NCBI GenBank assembly: GCA_051294905.1
Contig: CM119372.1
Location: forward strand, 18,540,001 to 18,604,000
Source: Botryllus schlosseri
Lineage: Eukaryota
Length of the DNA stretch: 64,000 nt
Direction: 5' to 3'
Under the pieces are notes generated by a model, which saw only the letters and a list, made by a program, of their open reading frames with translations, was not told where the DNA came from and ran no database searches. A program made the position numbers and the translations under genes. Below are positions 22,708 to 34,045 of this stretch, piece after piece (within the stretch, counting starts at the first letter, position 1; the number at the start of each line of letters is the position of its first letter).

Positions 22708-25700
22708 CAGTGGCGGCTCGTGACAATATCGGGTGGTGGGGCAAGGGCTGCAAGCGACTTTTTATCAAGATGACGTCACAATGGCGTTTTCCAACGTAAA
22801 CAAGTAACTTGGTGGTACGGACTACGTACGGTAACACGAACTTCCCGACAACAGTGATTTTAACGTATGTGCCGCGAGAGGTCTGCCGGTGAGCTGTGAC
22901 TTGAAGTGTGGTAACTGCGTAAACGGCGTACGGAACAAAGATTCGACACGGCTCATGTTCGCACTATACCTGACTAATTATCTGCAGCAATGGAAATGAC
23001 TATAACTCGAGAGATTGCGTAAGCCTAACTGGAAAGGTCAACGAGTTCGGACACATACGCAATTGTTATCTCATAGATTGGACATGTCATATTGAATCCA
23101 AAACATAATTCTGAAGAACTACGGATAGCGGCCTCGGAAATTCGGTCCCGGTACAGCATAGGAGATTTTGGCCTTGAGGCTGGAGACTGTCACACGACAC
23201 ATACGGCTTACGGTCTATAGTGTCTATATGTCTGCTGCAAAATCGCCTTGGGGAAAATATATTACCGAATAAATACGTGGATGAAAGCCGAAAACTTGGT
23301 ACAATGTTACATGAAATCATCGAGAAATAGCCTCATGACCGTTTTCGGTATGGTACACTGTCAAAATTAATACGAACAGACCAACACCGAATTTTGCGTA
23401 AGATTTACTGAGGAATAGGCTGATCAAGCGATCAGCTCTTAGCCGCCATCGAAAACGAAACAGCTATCGCGCTTGACAGGGGTTGTAATTGTAAGCAAAT
23501 GGCCTGAAGGCCACAATTTCACGGTGAAATTGACATTGGAGAATATAAAATAAAAGTAAATATTTGAATGCAAACCGAGGATGTTAGTAAACTGTTTCAT
23601 GATATCATCATCTCATCACCTATCTCAGTATGGAACACAGTTAGCGTTAACACAGATACACCGGCTTTTGCGTGAAATCCGCAATGCGTTAGGTGGGCTA
23701 AGTGTCAGATCGGCGCACATCTCTACCATACTCGACCTTAATAACGAAATTGCTGCCCTAATCATTGAGTGCCAACCTTGAGACTAGGCACAGTAGGGTT
23801 GTTCAGAATTGATCGACTTTCAAAATGTCGTGGTTTTCAGTCCGATTCCCATGCCTTATACCATAAAAACATATTCTAGGAACTTTTTTTCGTAATTCAT
23901 CCCTTGGATCCGTGTGCACATTGAGCTGGAAGAATATCGGCTAAAAATAGGGGATTCCCCTAAAATTTGAGTGTCGCTATTCGGACTAGGCTAGTAAAAC
24001 GTCATATATAAGCTGGTTTTATGTAGCTATTGCGGTTGGAGTGCTACATAACCTCACTATAGAAAGTATTGTCAGTTCAGGACACCATTTTCATGTCCCA
24101 CACTGCCTTAGAACTCCTCAAAACTGCTTAAGACTGATAGTCATTTTGTTGGATCACCTATCCTACACTCCTCAACCCTACCCGAGATTGTTCATCAATT
24201 TCCGGGATCACCACGTGCAAGAATACAACTGTAAATGTATCATTCACTCACAGCCACATTATAAACATCACATTGTTCAAAGGAAACGAAACAAAAAGGC
24301 AAAGAAACAGATCAACTTGGCAAATACTACTTAAATCAGGTCCGGATGAAATGGTTGCTTTAGAGAAATCGGCATATCTGTTCCCGTTATCTTCCACGGC
24401 TGGTAAGAGGCTCGCTCGCTGTTCTTTGTCATCTGTTTTGAAAGCATCAAAGTCGGTATTCAATTTCACCAAACGCTCTGCTGCGCCGTTAACTATTTCA
24501 ACGCTACTCACAAATTCTTGAGCAGTCACGAAATGCGAATCAGTATGCCATTCCGAAACTGGAAGACTAAACCAATCACATTCGACTTGTATAGCATTGA
24601 ATAGAAACCATGATTCCGGTTCAATTAAAGCAACCATACTCATTGACTCAAAGACAGAGTCAGAGATTAGACTCAGAGGTATAGCCTACCTCTGCGAAAT
24701 TGTTCAAGGATTGGCATTTGCAGCAATTTAGCAGCCATCGCTTCCTTCACTTTGTCAGGAATCTTTGGTTTAGCCGAGAACATTGTTGATACCACCGTTT
24801 CCTCGGTGAGATGCCAATGATGCTCTCGCATCTTTTTATATGCCACATCAGCAACTGTGAAATCGCACAATGAAAAGTCTGTCATGCCATAAAGGAATTT
24901 GAGATCAATATACTGTTCGTCACATGCATTACCAGTTTTCAACCAAGCTGAGACATAAAACAGGGCAACTTTCTAATGAACTCTTCAGAATAGCCCATTT
25001 GCTCTCTCCACATGAACATTTTTGACAGTACAGCACTTGACTCATCCGTCCAGTGCTATTAGTAGCACCAGGCTTGCGAAAACGATTATCAATATATTGG
25101 GCTGCTACAATCGCCAAGGTGCCTGTTGCACATTCTCTGTAGTCATTTATTATCAAGACTTCTTTCTGCTTTCCATTATATGGCTTCATCAGTGGAATTA
25201 TTTCTTGCTTAGCTTCATCAGATTTGATCGCCAACCAGCTGCATTCATCAAACTGAAGTGTTTTAGAGCTTCTTAATTGATCAATATCTTTCCACTTCTT
25301 GGAAGGTATTAAAATCTGTGTTTTCAGGGCCTGTGGTCGCAGATCCAAACACACTTCACTTCCAGACCTCCCCGGATGACTAGTTCATAAATATGATGGC
25401 GACAAGCAGAAGTAGAAAGTAGAAAACTTTCCTGTTTATCAATTCTTCAAGTAACAGAACCGCACCTCTATTTTTTCCATTGTTTGAGGGTGTTGTGTCA
25501 AACACAAGAGCTCTGACATTATTTGTTAAATTATAAAGTTCCAGCAGTTCAAATGACAGATCAGCCTGTGCTTTTCCTGTAGCACTCTCCAGAGTTCGAT
25601 TGCCAAGAAGTTTGCCTTTCTCAAATGCGTTGGAATAAACAGACTATGCCAGCACTGCCTCAAATTTCCCTCCGAAACGACTTCTAGTGAGCTTTGCATC

Positions 25701-27166
25701 CCAGTGAAATGCAATGTGCCAAGTTGATCTGTTTCTTTGCCTTTTTGTTTCGTTTCCTTTGAACAATGTGATGTTTATAATGTGGCTGTGAGTGAATGAT
25801 ACATTTACAGTTGTATTCTTGCACGTGGTGATCCTGGCAATTGATGAACAATCTCGGGTAGGGTTGAGGAGTGTAGGATAGGTGATCCAATAAAATGACT
25901 ATCAGTCTTAGGTAGTTTTGAGGAGTTCTAAGGCAGTGTGGGACATGAAAATGGTGTCCTGAACTGACAATACTTTCTATAGTGAGGTTATGTAGCACTC
26001 CAACCGCAATAGCTACATAAAACCAGCTTATATATGACGTTTTACCAGCCTAGTCCGAATAGCGACACTCAAATTTTAGGGGAATCCCCTATTTTTAGCC
26101 GATATTCTTCCAGCTCAATGTGCACACGGATGCAAGGGATGAATTACGAAAAAAAGTACCTAGAATATGTTTTTATGGTATAAGGCATGGGAATCGGACT
26201 GAAAACCACGACATTTTGAAAGTCGATCAATTCTGAACAACCCTAAGGCACAGCGTTCGATACTAAAATCAAGACATACCATGCAAAAGCTCCTGACGGA
26301 TCTAGGTAAGGAGCATCGTTAAAATCAATGGAGACCAATACCGGCTTTGCGTAAAATATGTTTGCGATAAATGACGAGTCAGCTCTCACTCGACTTAGGA
26401 AACGAAATTACCACAAACACAGTACAGTGACAAACTTGAAACTTGGTACAGCGTTCGATACTAACATCAAGACTTACCGTACCAAATGTCATGACCGATC
26501 TCGGTATGGAACATCGTCAAAATCAATGGATACCAATACCGGCTCTTGAGTAAAATCTGTTTGCGATACATGACGGTCAGCACACACTCAACTCAGGAAA
26601 CGGAATTACTACCCTAAACTTTAAGTAGAAACCCTGTAACTTGGGACAGTGTTAAATACTACCATCACGACATGACATACCAAGTTTCAAGAATTATCAT
26701 GGTGTGAAACACCATCAAAATCGACCTATACCAGCAAAGGTCGACTAAACGCATAAGACGGTAACCGAGTTCAGATATAGATACGATTGTTACATCACAC
26801 CTTAAGGGCGACTAGGCTATGTTGCCCCGGTTGCTCGGCAATTTTATGAATAGGAGAGAGTAAATCACTGTTTCTTTATTGTGCGCGGCTTTGAGAGAAT
26901 AGACAGTGAAAGCTTGTTATGAGCGCTACCGGGGCATGCCCCGGCTAGGCATTCGCAAAGCGAAAACACGGAAGAGAATTCGATTTTCGCAGACTTCGCT
27001 ATATATGGGCGGGCATTTACAAGCGAAAGGACAAGAAGAATACGATTTTCGCTGTGATTTCGGTATATATAGATTGCTGTGCGTCTCTAAATGGTAAAGA
27101 ACTGTTATTGAACAGAATTTTAGGTGGGGCAATGCCCCAGTTGCCCTATAGGACGAGCCGCCACTG
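22708..27166 (-). mobile_element. hAT family H1, copy A (internally deleted)
   Basis: TIR CAGTGGCGGCTCGT/ACGAGCCGCCACTG; TSD GTATAGGG; homologous to 30352-33452 and 48289-51240. Confidence 0.92.
23794..26245 (-). mobile_element. Long-TIR DDE transposon (hATm/Cc8K15.2-like by recalled motifs) with degenerate transposase
   Basis: TIRs of ~529 bp (23794-24322 and 25717-26245) beginning TAGGGTTGTTCAG; TSD AGGCACAG. Frameshifted minus-strand motifs read FHWDAKL, LVFDTT, ACRHHIYEL, HWHLTEE and VNGAAERLVKL. Confidence 0.85.
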
Positions 27167-27573
27167 GTATAGGGTTACCATATTTTTGTAAAGCAAATTC
27201 CGGACACTCTTTAGCGCCCACTAGCGGATTTAAAAATGAGGTGACACATTGTCTGTCAATATGACGTCACACTAGCAAAGCATTGCCATTCGACTGTATA
27301 CAGCAGTGGAAATGTTACGCGAAGGTCTTCGAGGTGGTACGCGAATAGATTCTGTTTTTTTTTCGACCGAGAGGAGTTATTAGTTCAGGTGGGGTTGATT
27401 TTGAGTTTTTGAAGCCGCCGTCGTTTGGGTAAGGTCGTCGTCGTGGGTAGGGGCTATCCCGCCCGTGACGGCCTACGGCGAAGAGATCTAGTCGTAAAGC
27501 ATTGGGTTTCTTACCTAACCAAATTTCGTTTTAGTATATTTGACCACAAGAATTTCAAATGGATCCACTACAG

Positions 27574-28781
27574 CAGGGGTTCTCAAAGGGTGGGCCATGG
27601 CCCACTGGTGGGCCACAGAGCATTTTGAGGTGGGCCACAGAGCTATTTAGAAAATTTTAAAATTAATGTAAGTTTAGTTCTATTTTTTATGTTAAACGCT
27701 AGAAATATATTCATAAACTTTTCATCCGACTCGTATGGAGTCAGCATGTACAAGTCGAAAACGGGAGGGACAAACGGCGGCTTTTTCCACTGGCTATGAC
27801 AGCCTACGGCTAACTGCAACTAAAGTAATTTCGAGTATATGATGACTGGAAGGTAATGCTGGAGTAACCAAGTATTCCGGCAGGTTCATATGTCGTATTC
27901 CGCTGAAAGGGTGTGGAATAAACTCGGAATGAAGTGTCATTGATGTATATACTTACTGTACTTCGGCAGGGCAGGTCGTATTATTGTAAGAGAAAAATAG
28001 CCATAATTGAAAATTATTAGCAACTTCTGATGACGGTATACTGCACCACTGCAACTAATCATAATGGATTGAGGATTTAGCGGGGCGCATTAATCTTTGG
28101 AGTGGGTTTAAAATGTCCGGCATGAAAATCATTGAACAGAATGTAAGAGTCACATGAACTGGTTGTATCATTGGATTGAATATTCTGACATCGCAACTTC
28201 AGTTGGTTTGGTACAAGGCATACATTGTACAGCTTGCATATTAAAAACTCTTCCTCCACTTCTCTGTAGTACTAGCACCCCATTTATTAATGAATCGTTT
28301 GAAGCTGGCCCAAAATGATTATAATATCCCCACAATAGTGGAACTAAAACCCCTATCACACAGTGGATGTGGGGATTTGATCATTGTGTTTCGCAATGCG
28401 AATGGAGCAGCGGACGATCATAATATACACAGGAGTATTAGCCTATGATCTACCTGGGCCGTAACTGCCACACCCAAACCCCCAATTGGGGGAGTTCGAA
28501 AGGGCCCAAGATTATTTCGTTGGTCGTTTGTTGGGGGATATTTATTCAACTCGAAAATTTTCGTCGCGCTTCGCGCGATTTCATGTCGCGAGAGGTCCAG
28601 CTAGATTTAAATATCATCAGTAAATTAGGAGAAAAATGAGCATATTTTAGATGAGTAGGCATATCGGCGCCGTCGATTACCACTCATTGAACGGGATTAT
28701 GACTCTAGTATAAGAGATGGGCCACAGCACATTTTCAAACCGGAAAATGGGCCACGGCAAAGAAAGGGCTGAGAACCCCTG
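27574..28781. mobile_element. Charlie-like hAT (TGGGCCAC repeats), nested in an older MITE (~27304-28936)
   Basis: TIR CAGGGGTTCTCA/TGAGAACCCCTG; TSD CACTACAG. Confidence 0.88.
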
Positions 28782-30753
28782 CACTACAGAAATCATCTAG
28801 TGCGCCTTAAAATGCACCTCAACACGGTGGAAACATTTATACCGCATTCGGCGCGATTATCTTATGTAGGTGGTACGCGAGCACTGCATAAAAACTCGAA
28901 ATGGTACTTGGGTGAAAAAAGGTTGGGAACCACGAGCCTCTGGTATAGAGGAATAGAGTGGAACATAGGTCATGAATTAGGCCATCTGTAATGTGGGCTC
29001 TGGTGATTGCTACTAGGGTCTGCAATAGATTCTCCACGGTCCGGATGAAATCGTCTGGCGGGCCGTGTCTGGCCTTTCGGGATTGTGTTTCACAGCCCTG
29101 CTATACTGTTAGGTCGGTGCGGCTGCCTGGTTATGTGTTTTAATCAGGTCCGAAACAACATTTTTTCTGCCCCCTTCCGCCGTAAAAAACACTGATATTA
29201 GGCCCCACATAGGGTAGTCGATGTAACTCTTGAGCACTTACAATATGCATTTGGCTGTTAAATTTTTTGAATGACGTCTCTCAATATTATTGAATAATCC
29301 ATATATTAGCCTACTATAAATTGCACTAGCTGGTGGCACATCCGGTGATTTCCAACTTTTTATGGTCGCGACCTCATTTCCAACTTCAAAATGTTCCGTG
29401 GCCCAGCTCCAAACTTGATAAGCCGATTACTAAAAAAAAATCAGCTTGCCCAAACTTACGGCATAGGAAGCTGATTATACGTCCAACATTATCGCAATCT
29501 CCAGATAAAAGAAAACGACCTCAAGGTTCGGAACCACTGTCTGTGACTGAAGCATTCAATCGGCCTTAACCAACTCTACTAATTTACCGTTAGCTTATAA
29601 TTGCGATTACAATCAGACTTATTTCAGTATATGATGGTTATTTGTATATATATTCATTGCTAATTTGGCGAGGGTGGTGCCTGGTGTCCAATGTCCATAC
29701 TAAAATCAATATACGTTGCATTAACTCGCGCGCTGCGCGAAGAAAGAATTTTGAATGGCATAAATCTGCTAAGAAATAATATTGTTTATGTTGATTTATG
29801 AATAAATTGTATGCCTAAGCCTTCAAAATTCCGGACATTTAGGCACATTTTAGAAATTCCTGCCGGACGCAGATTTTTCAGTGAAATTCCCGACATGTCC
29901 GGGAAATTCCGGACGTATGGCAACCCTAGTATAGTACCAAATTTCTCGACAACGCCTTCTCAGTAAGTTAGAATCTTGGCATCGGCCGTTCTCGGTAATT
30001 TCAATTCTCGGTATTGGTATAGAACCGTAAATGCAGATAATGCAAGTCTTCTCGCTTCTACTTACTTATGCGTAAGCTCCACTCACGCACGATGCGCACA
30101 CACGCAAATAATAACATACAGTCACTAAAATTTTACGTGGTAAGCAAGTAGTGGGGAATCTCAGTAAACTAGGGCCGCGGGGGTTGTATACCAATACCGA
30201 GAAAACCATTACCGAGAACGGACATTAGCAAGAATGCGTGTGAGAGTGGAGCTTACGCGTAAGTTCATCGAAGCGAGAAGACTTGCATTATCGGCATTTA
30301 CGATGTACCCAACCCTAATGAATTGATATCTTAGTAAATTTGGGGTACCGGCAGTGGCGGCTCGTGACAATATCGGGTGGTGGGGCAAGGGCTGCAAGCG
30401 ACTTTTTATCAAGATGACGTCACAATGGTGTTTTCCAACGTAAACAAGTAACTTAATGATGGTACGGTAACATGAATTTCCCGGCAACAGTGATTTTAAC
30501 GTATGTGCCACGAGAGGTGCGCCGGTGAGCTGTGACTTGAAGTGTGGTAACTGCGTAAACGGCGTACGGAACAAATATTCAACACGGTTCATGTTCGCGC
30601 CAGACCTGACTAATTATCTGCAGAAATGGAAATGACTATAACTCGAGAGATTGCGTAAGCCTAATTGGAAAGGTCAACGAGTTCGGACAGATACGCAATT
30701 GTTATCTCATAGATTGGGCCTGTCATATTGAATCCAAAACATCATTCTGAAGA

Positions 30754-31344
30754 ACTATAGAATGTAAACGTGGAATGGCAACGACCGATTTTGCAGCTTC
30801 GTTCCGCTTCGCCGAAGCTTTACTCAGACTTATTTAACGGCAGCTACTGTAGAATTTCTGGCAATCCAAAAGTTGTCTTCCAGAGCTCAGAATTTACTGA
30901 ATCCGGTCTTGATCGAAAGCTACTGTCGCACTGATTTCGAAAATATCAATCAAAATATGGTCAGGCTCCGTACTTAGATGAAAAATCACCCTCAACATCT
31001 AAAATCTGCATTGTTCAGAACAATCGGATGACCGCAAAACAATGACCATAACAATGACCCATTGCGGCTCTTCGATTGTTCGGACAATGCCGATAATTCA
31101 GACTTGGAGGGCGAATTCTAAGCGTTTCAGTACCTGATCATATTTTCAATTACATTTTCGGAATCAGTACGACAGTAGCTTTCGATCAAGACCAGATTCA
31201 GTAAATTCTGAACTCTGTAAGACAACTTTTGGATTGCCAGAAATCCTACTGTAGCTGCCGTAAAATAAGTCTGAGTAAAGCTTCAGCGAAGCGGAACGAA
31301 GCTGCAAAATCGGTCGTTGCCATTCCACGTTAACATTCTATAGT
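30754..31344. mobile_element. Foldback (palindromic) MITE, ~591 bp
   Basis: ACTATAGAATG...CATTCTATAGT with near-perfect outer arms of ~200 bp. Absent at the same site in copies A and C. The TSD is ambiguous (AGA or longer). Confidence 0.85.
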
Positions 31345-31760
31345 AGAACTAAGAATAGCAGCCTCGGAAATGAGGTCTCGGTACAGCATAGGAGATTTTG
31401 GCCTTGAAACTGGAGACTGTAACACGACACATACGGCTTTATTACTGTCTATAGGTCTGCTGCGAAATCGCCTTTGGAAAATATATTACCGAATAAATAC
31501 GTGGATGAAAGCCGTAAACTTAGTACACTGTTGCATGACATCATCGAGAAGTGGCCTCATGGCCCTTTTCGGTATGGTACACTGTCAAAATTAATGCGAG
31601 CAGACCAACACCGAATTTTGCGTATAATTTACTGAGGAATAGGCTGATCAAGTGATCAGCTGTTAGCCGCCATCGAAAACGAAATAGCTATCGCGCTTGA
31701 CAGGGGGTTGTAAGCAAATGGCTTGAAGGCCACAATTTCACGGTGAAATTGACATTGGAG

Positions 31761-31895
31761 AGAGAGAGAGAGAGGTCTTATCGATCATTCCTATCTAATA
31801 CCGAATACTGTGCAGTGTGCACGCATATTTTCTGTACCACCATCACTGCCGTTTGTTATGTATTTTGGTTCGATGAAAATAAAGACTCTCTCTCT
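31761..31895. mobile_element. 135-bp MITE with (AG)n/(CT)n termini
   Basis: Duplicated CATTGGAG(A) flanks; empty site in copies A and C. Confidence 0.7.
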
Positions 31896-32168
31896 CATTG
31901 GAGAATATGATATCAAAGTAAATATTTGAATGCAAACTGAGAATGATATCATCATCTCAGTTAACGTTATCGCAGATACGCCGGATTTTGCGTGAAATCC
32001 GCAATGCGTTGTAGGCTGAAGTGTCAGATCGGAGCACATCTCTACCATACTCGACCTTGATAACGAAATTACTGCCCTAATCATTGAGTGTCAACCTTGA
32101 GACTTGGCACAGCGTTCGATACTAAAGTCAAGACATACCGCGCAAAAGCTTATGACGGATCTAGGTAA

Positions 32169-32588
32169 CAGAGATGAGCGGATTTGAAATTTCTATGTCC
32201 TAATCCAATCCAAATCCGAACCTTCAAATCCAAATCCTAATCCATAACTTTTTCATATTCAAGTCCATGTCCAATCCTAATCCGATTCCAACTGGAAATT
32301 CAGAAGAAAAAAAAATTATGCAATGGCGGAATTCGGAAATTTTCTTTCACAACCAACGATTCACTTGATTCAAGATAACGTAGTAACCATAAGTACATTA
32401 ATAACTGATCCGAATAAAGTTTGTCGCCATTCGCCACACGACATTTCAATCTCCCAGAAAATAGATAAATCCAATCCAAATCCTAATCTGTTCTGAAAAA
32501 AATGTCTAATCCAAATCCAATCCAAATCCGCCAAAATTTCACAAATCCTGTTTTTTCAAAACCTAATCCTAATCCATGCTCATCTCTG
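32169..32588. mobile_element. hAT MITE with (AATCCA)n repeats
   Basis: TIR CAGAGATGAGC/GCTCATCTCTG; TSD CTAGGTAA; empty site in copy A. Confidence 0.9.
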
Positions 32589-33819
32589 CTAGGTAAGGAG
32601 CATCGTTAAAATCAATAGAGACCAATACCGGCTTTGCATATAATCTGTTAGCGATAAATGATGAGTCAGCTCTCACTCGAATTAGGAAACGAAATTACCA
32701 CTAACGCAGTTCAGTGACAAACTTAGAACTTGGTACAGCGTTCGATACTAACATTAAGACTTGCCGTGCCAAATGTCATAACCGATCTCAGTATTGAACA
32801 TCGTCAAAATCAATGGATACCAATACCGGCTTTTGAATAAAATCTGTTTGCGATACATGACGGATCAGCACACACTCAACTCAGGAAACGGAATTACTAC
32901 CCTAAACTTTAAGTAGAGAAACCCTGAAACTTGGGGCAGTGTTAAATACCACCGTCACGACATGACATACGAAGTTTCAAGAGTTTCATGGTGTGAAACA
33001 CCATCAAAATCAACCTATACCAGCAACGGTCGATTAAACGCATATGACGGTAACCGAGTTCAGCTATAGATACGATTGTTACATCACACCTTAGGGGCAC
33101 AGAGCTATTGTGCCCCGGTTGCTCGGTACTTTTATGAATGGGAGAGAGTAAATCACCGTTTCTTTATTGTGCGCGGCTTTGAGAGAATAGACAGTGAAAG
33201 CTTGTTATGAGCGCTACCGGGGCATGCCCCGGCTAGGCATTCGCAAAGCGAAAACAAAGAAGAGAATTCGATTTTCGCAGAGACTTCGCTATATATGGGC
33301 ATTTACAAGCGAAAGGACAAGAAGAATACGATTTTCGCTGTGATTTCGGTATATATAGGTTGGTGTGCGTCTATAAATGGTAGAGAATTGTTATTGAACA
33401 GAATTTTAGGTGGGGCAATGCCCCAGTTGCTCTATAGGACGTGCCGCCACTGGGTACCGGACTTATCGAATGCCTTGAATCTAACTCGCTGAGAAGGCGT
33501 TGTCGAGAAATTTATATCTGAGAATCGACACCGAACGTGGCAAAGCCGTCAAGCACACACACACGACCTGAATATATGAATAGCATGCCTGCATTGCATA
33601 CATTCTGGGTACTGACCGGACACCTTACATAACTACGACGGGAAACTGTCCGCGGGCCGTATGTTGCCCGCCCCTGCTTTATGCATTCGGCCCAACCATC
33701 TGAATTCGTCTATTTCAATAGCTTCCACTTCAAATATTGAAAGAGATATACCTTATTTGCAGGTTTGAAGGATAAAATTAGAGCACAGATTTCGGTCCAA
33801 TGTGAGAGAAAGAGATAGA

Positions 33820-34020
33820 TCAGATTTATTCTCGTCCGCACCATCGAGATGCTTTGACGATGGAGATGAGATACAACCTTAAGGTAAGGATATCCATTCT
33901 CCTCCATGCTATCCCTGAATGCTGAGCGCCGAGCGGGAAGCCACGGGAAGCAGTTTACGAGTCTTTGGTCTGACCCGGTCGGGGATTGAACCCATGACCT
34001 ACCGATCAAGAAGCCGGACG
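33820..34020 (-). mobile_element. tRNA-derived SINE (family 1), 5'-truncated
   Basis: B-box GGTTCAATCCC followed by the CCAAAGACT...GGCGCTCAGCA core; homologous to 43727-43994. Confidence 0.75.
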
Positions 34021-34045
34021 AATCATCAGTATTATGACTGATGAG

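Larger units (their letters stand above)
22703..29928. mobile_element. Tip100-like hAT MITE (TAGGGTTACCATA...TATGGCAACCCTA, CCGGAC repeats)
   Basis: TSD GTATAGTA (22695-22702 and 29929-29936). Its left TIR is split by the 22708-27166 element. Confidence 0.75.
30352..33452 (-). mobile_element. hAT family H1, copy B (internally deleted, with three nested MITEs)
   Basis: Same TIRs as copy A (one mismatch); TSD GGTACCGG. Confidence 0.9.
22253..33676. mobile_element. Outer Charlie-like hAT element, expanded to 11.4 kb by nested insertions
   Basis: Perfect 14-bp TIR CAGGGGCGGGCAAC/GTTGCCCGCCCCTG and perfect TSD CTTTATGC (22245-22252 and 33677-33684). Confidence 0.85.

Noticed and set aside
24041..25998. 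Near-identical ORFs MLHNLTIESIVSSG at 24041 (+) and 25998 (-) as a duplicated gene
   Set aside because: Both lie in the two arms of the 529-bp TIR, start at a non-ATG codon and show no domain.
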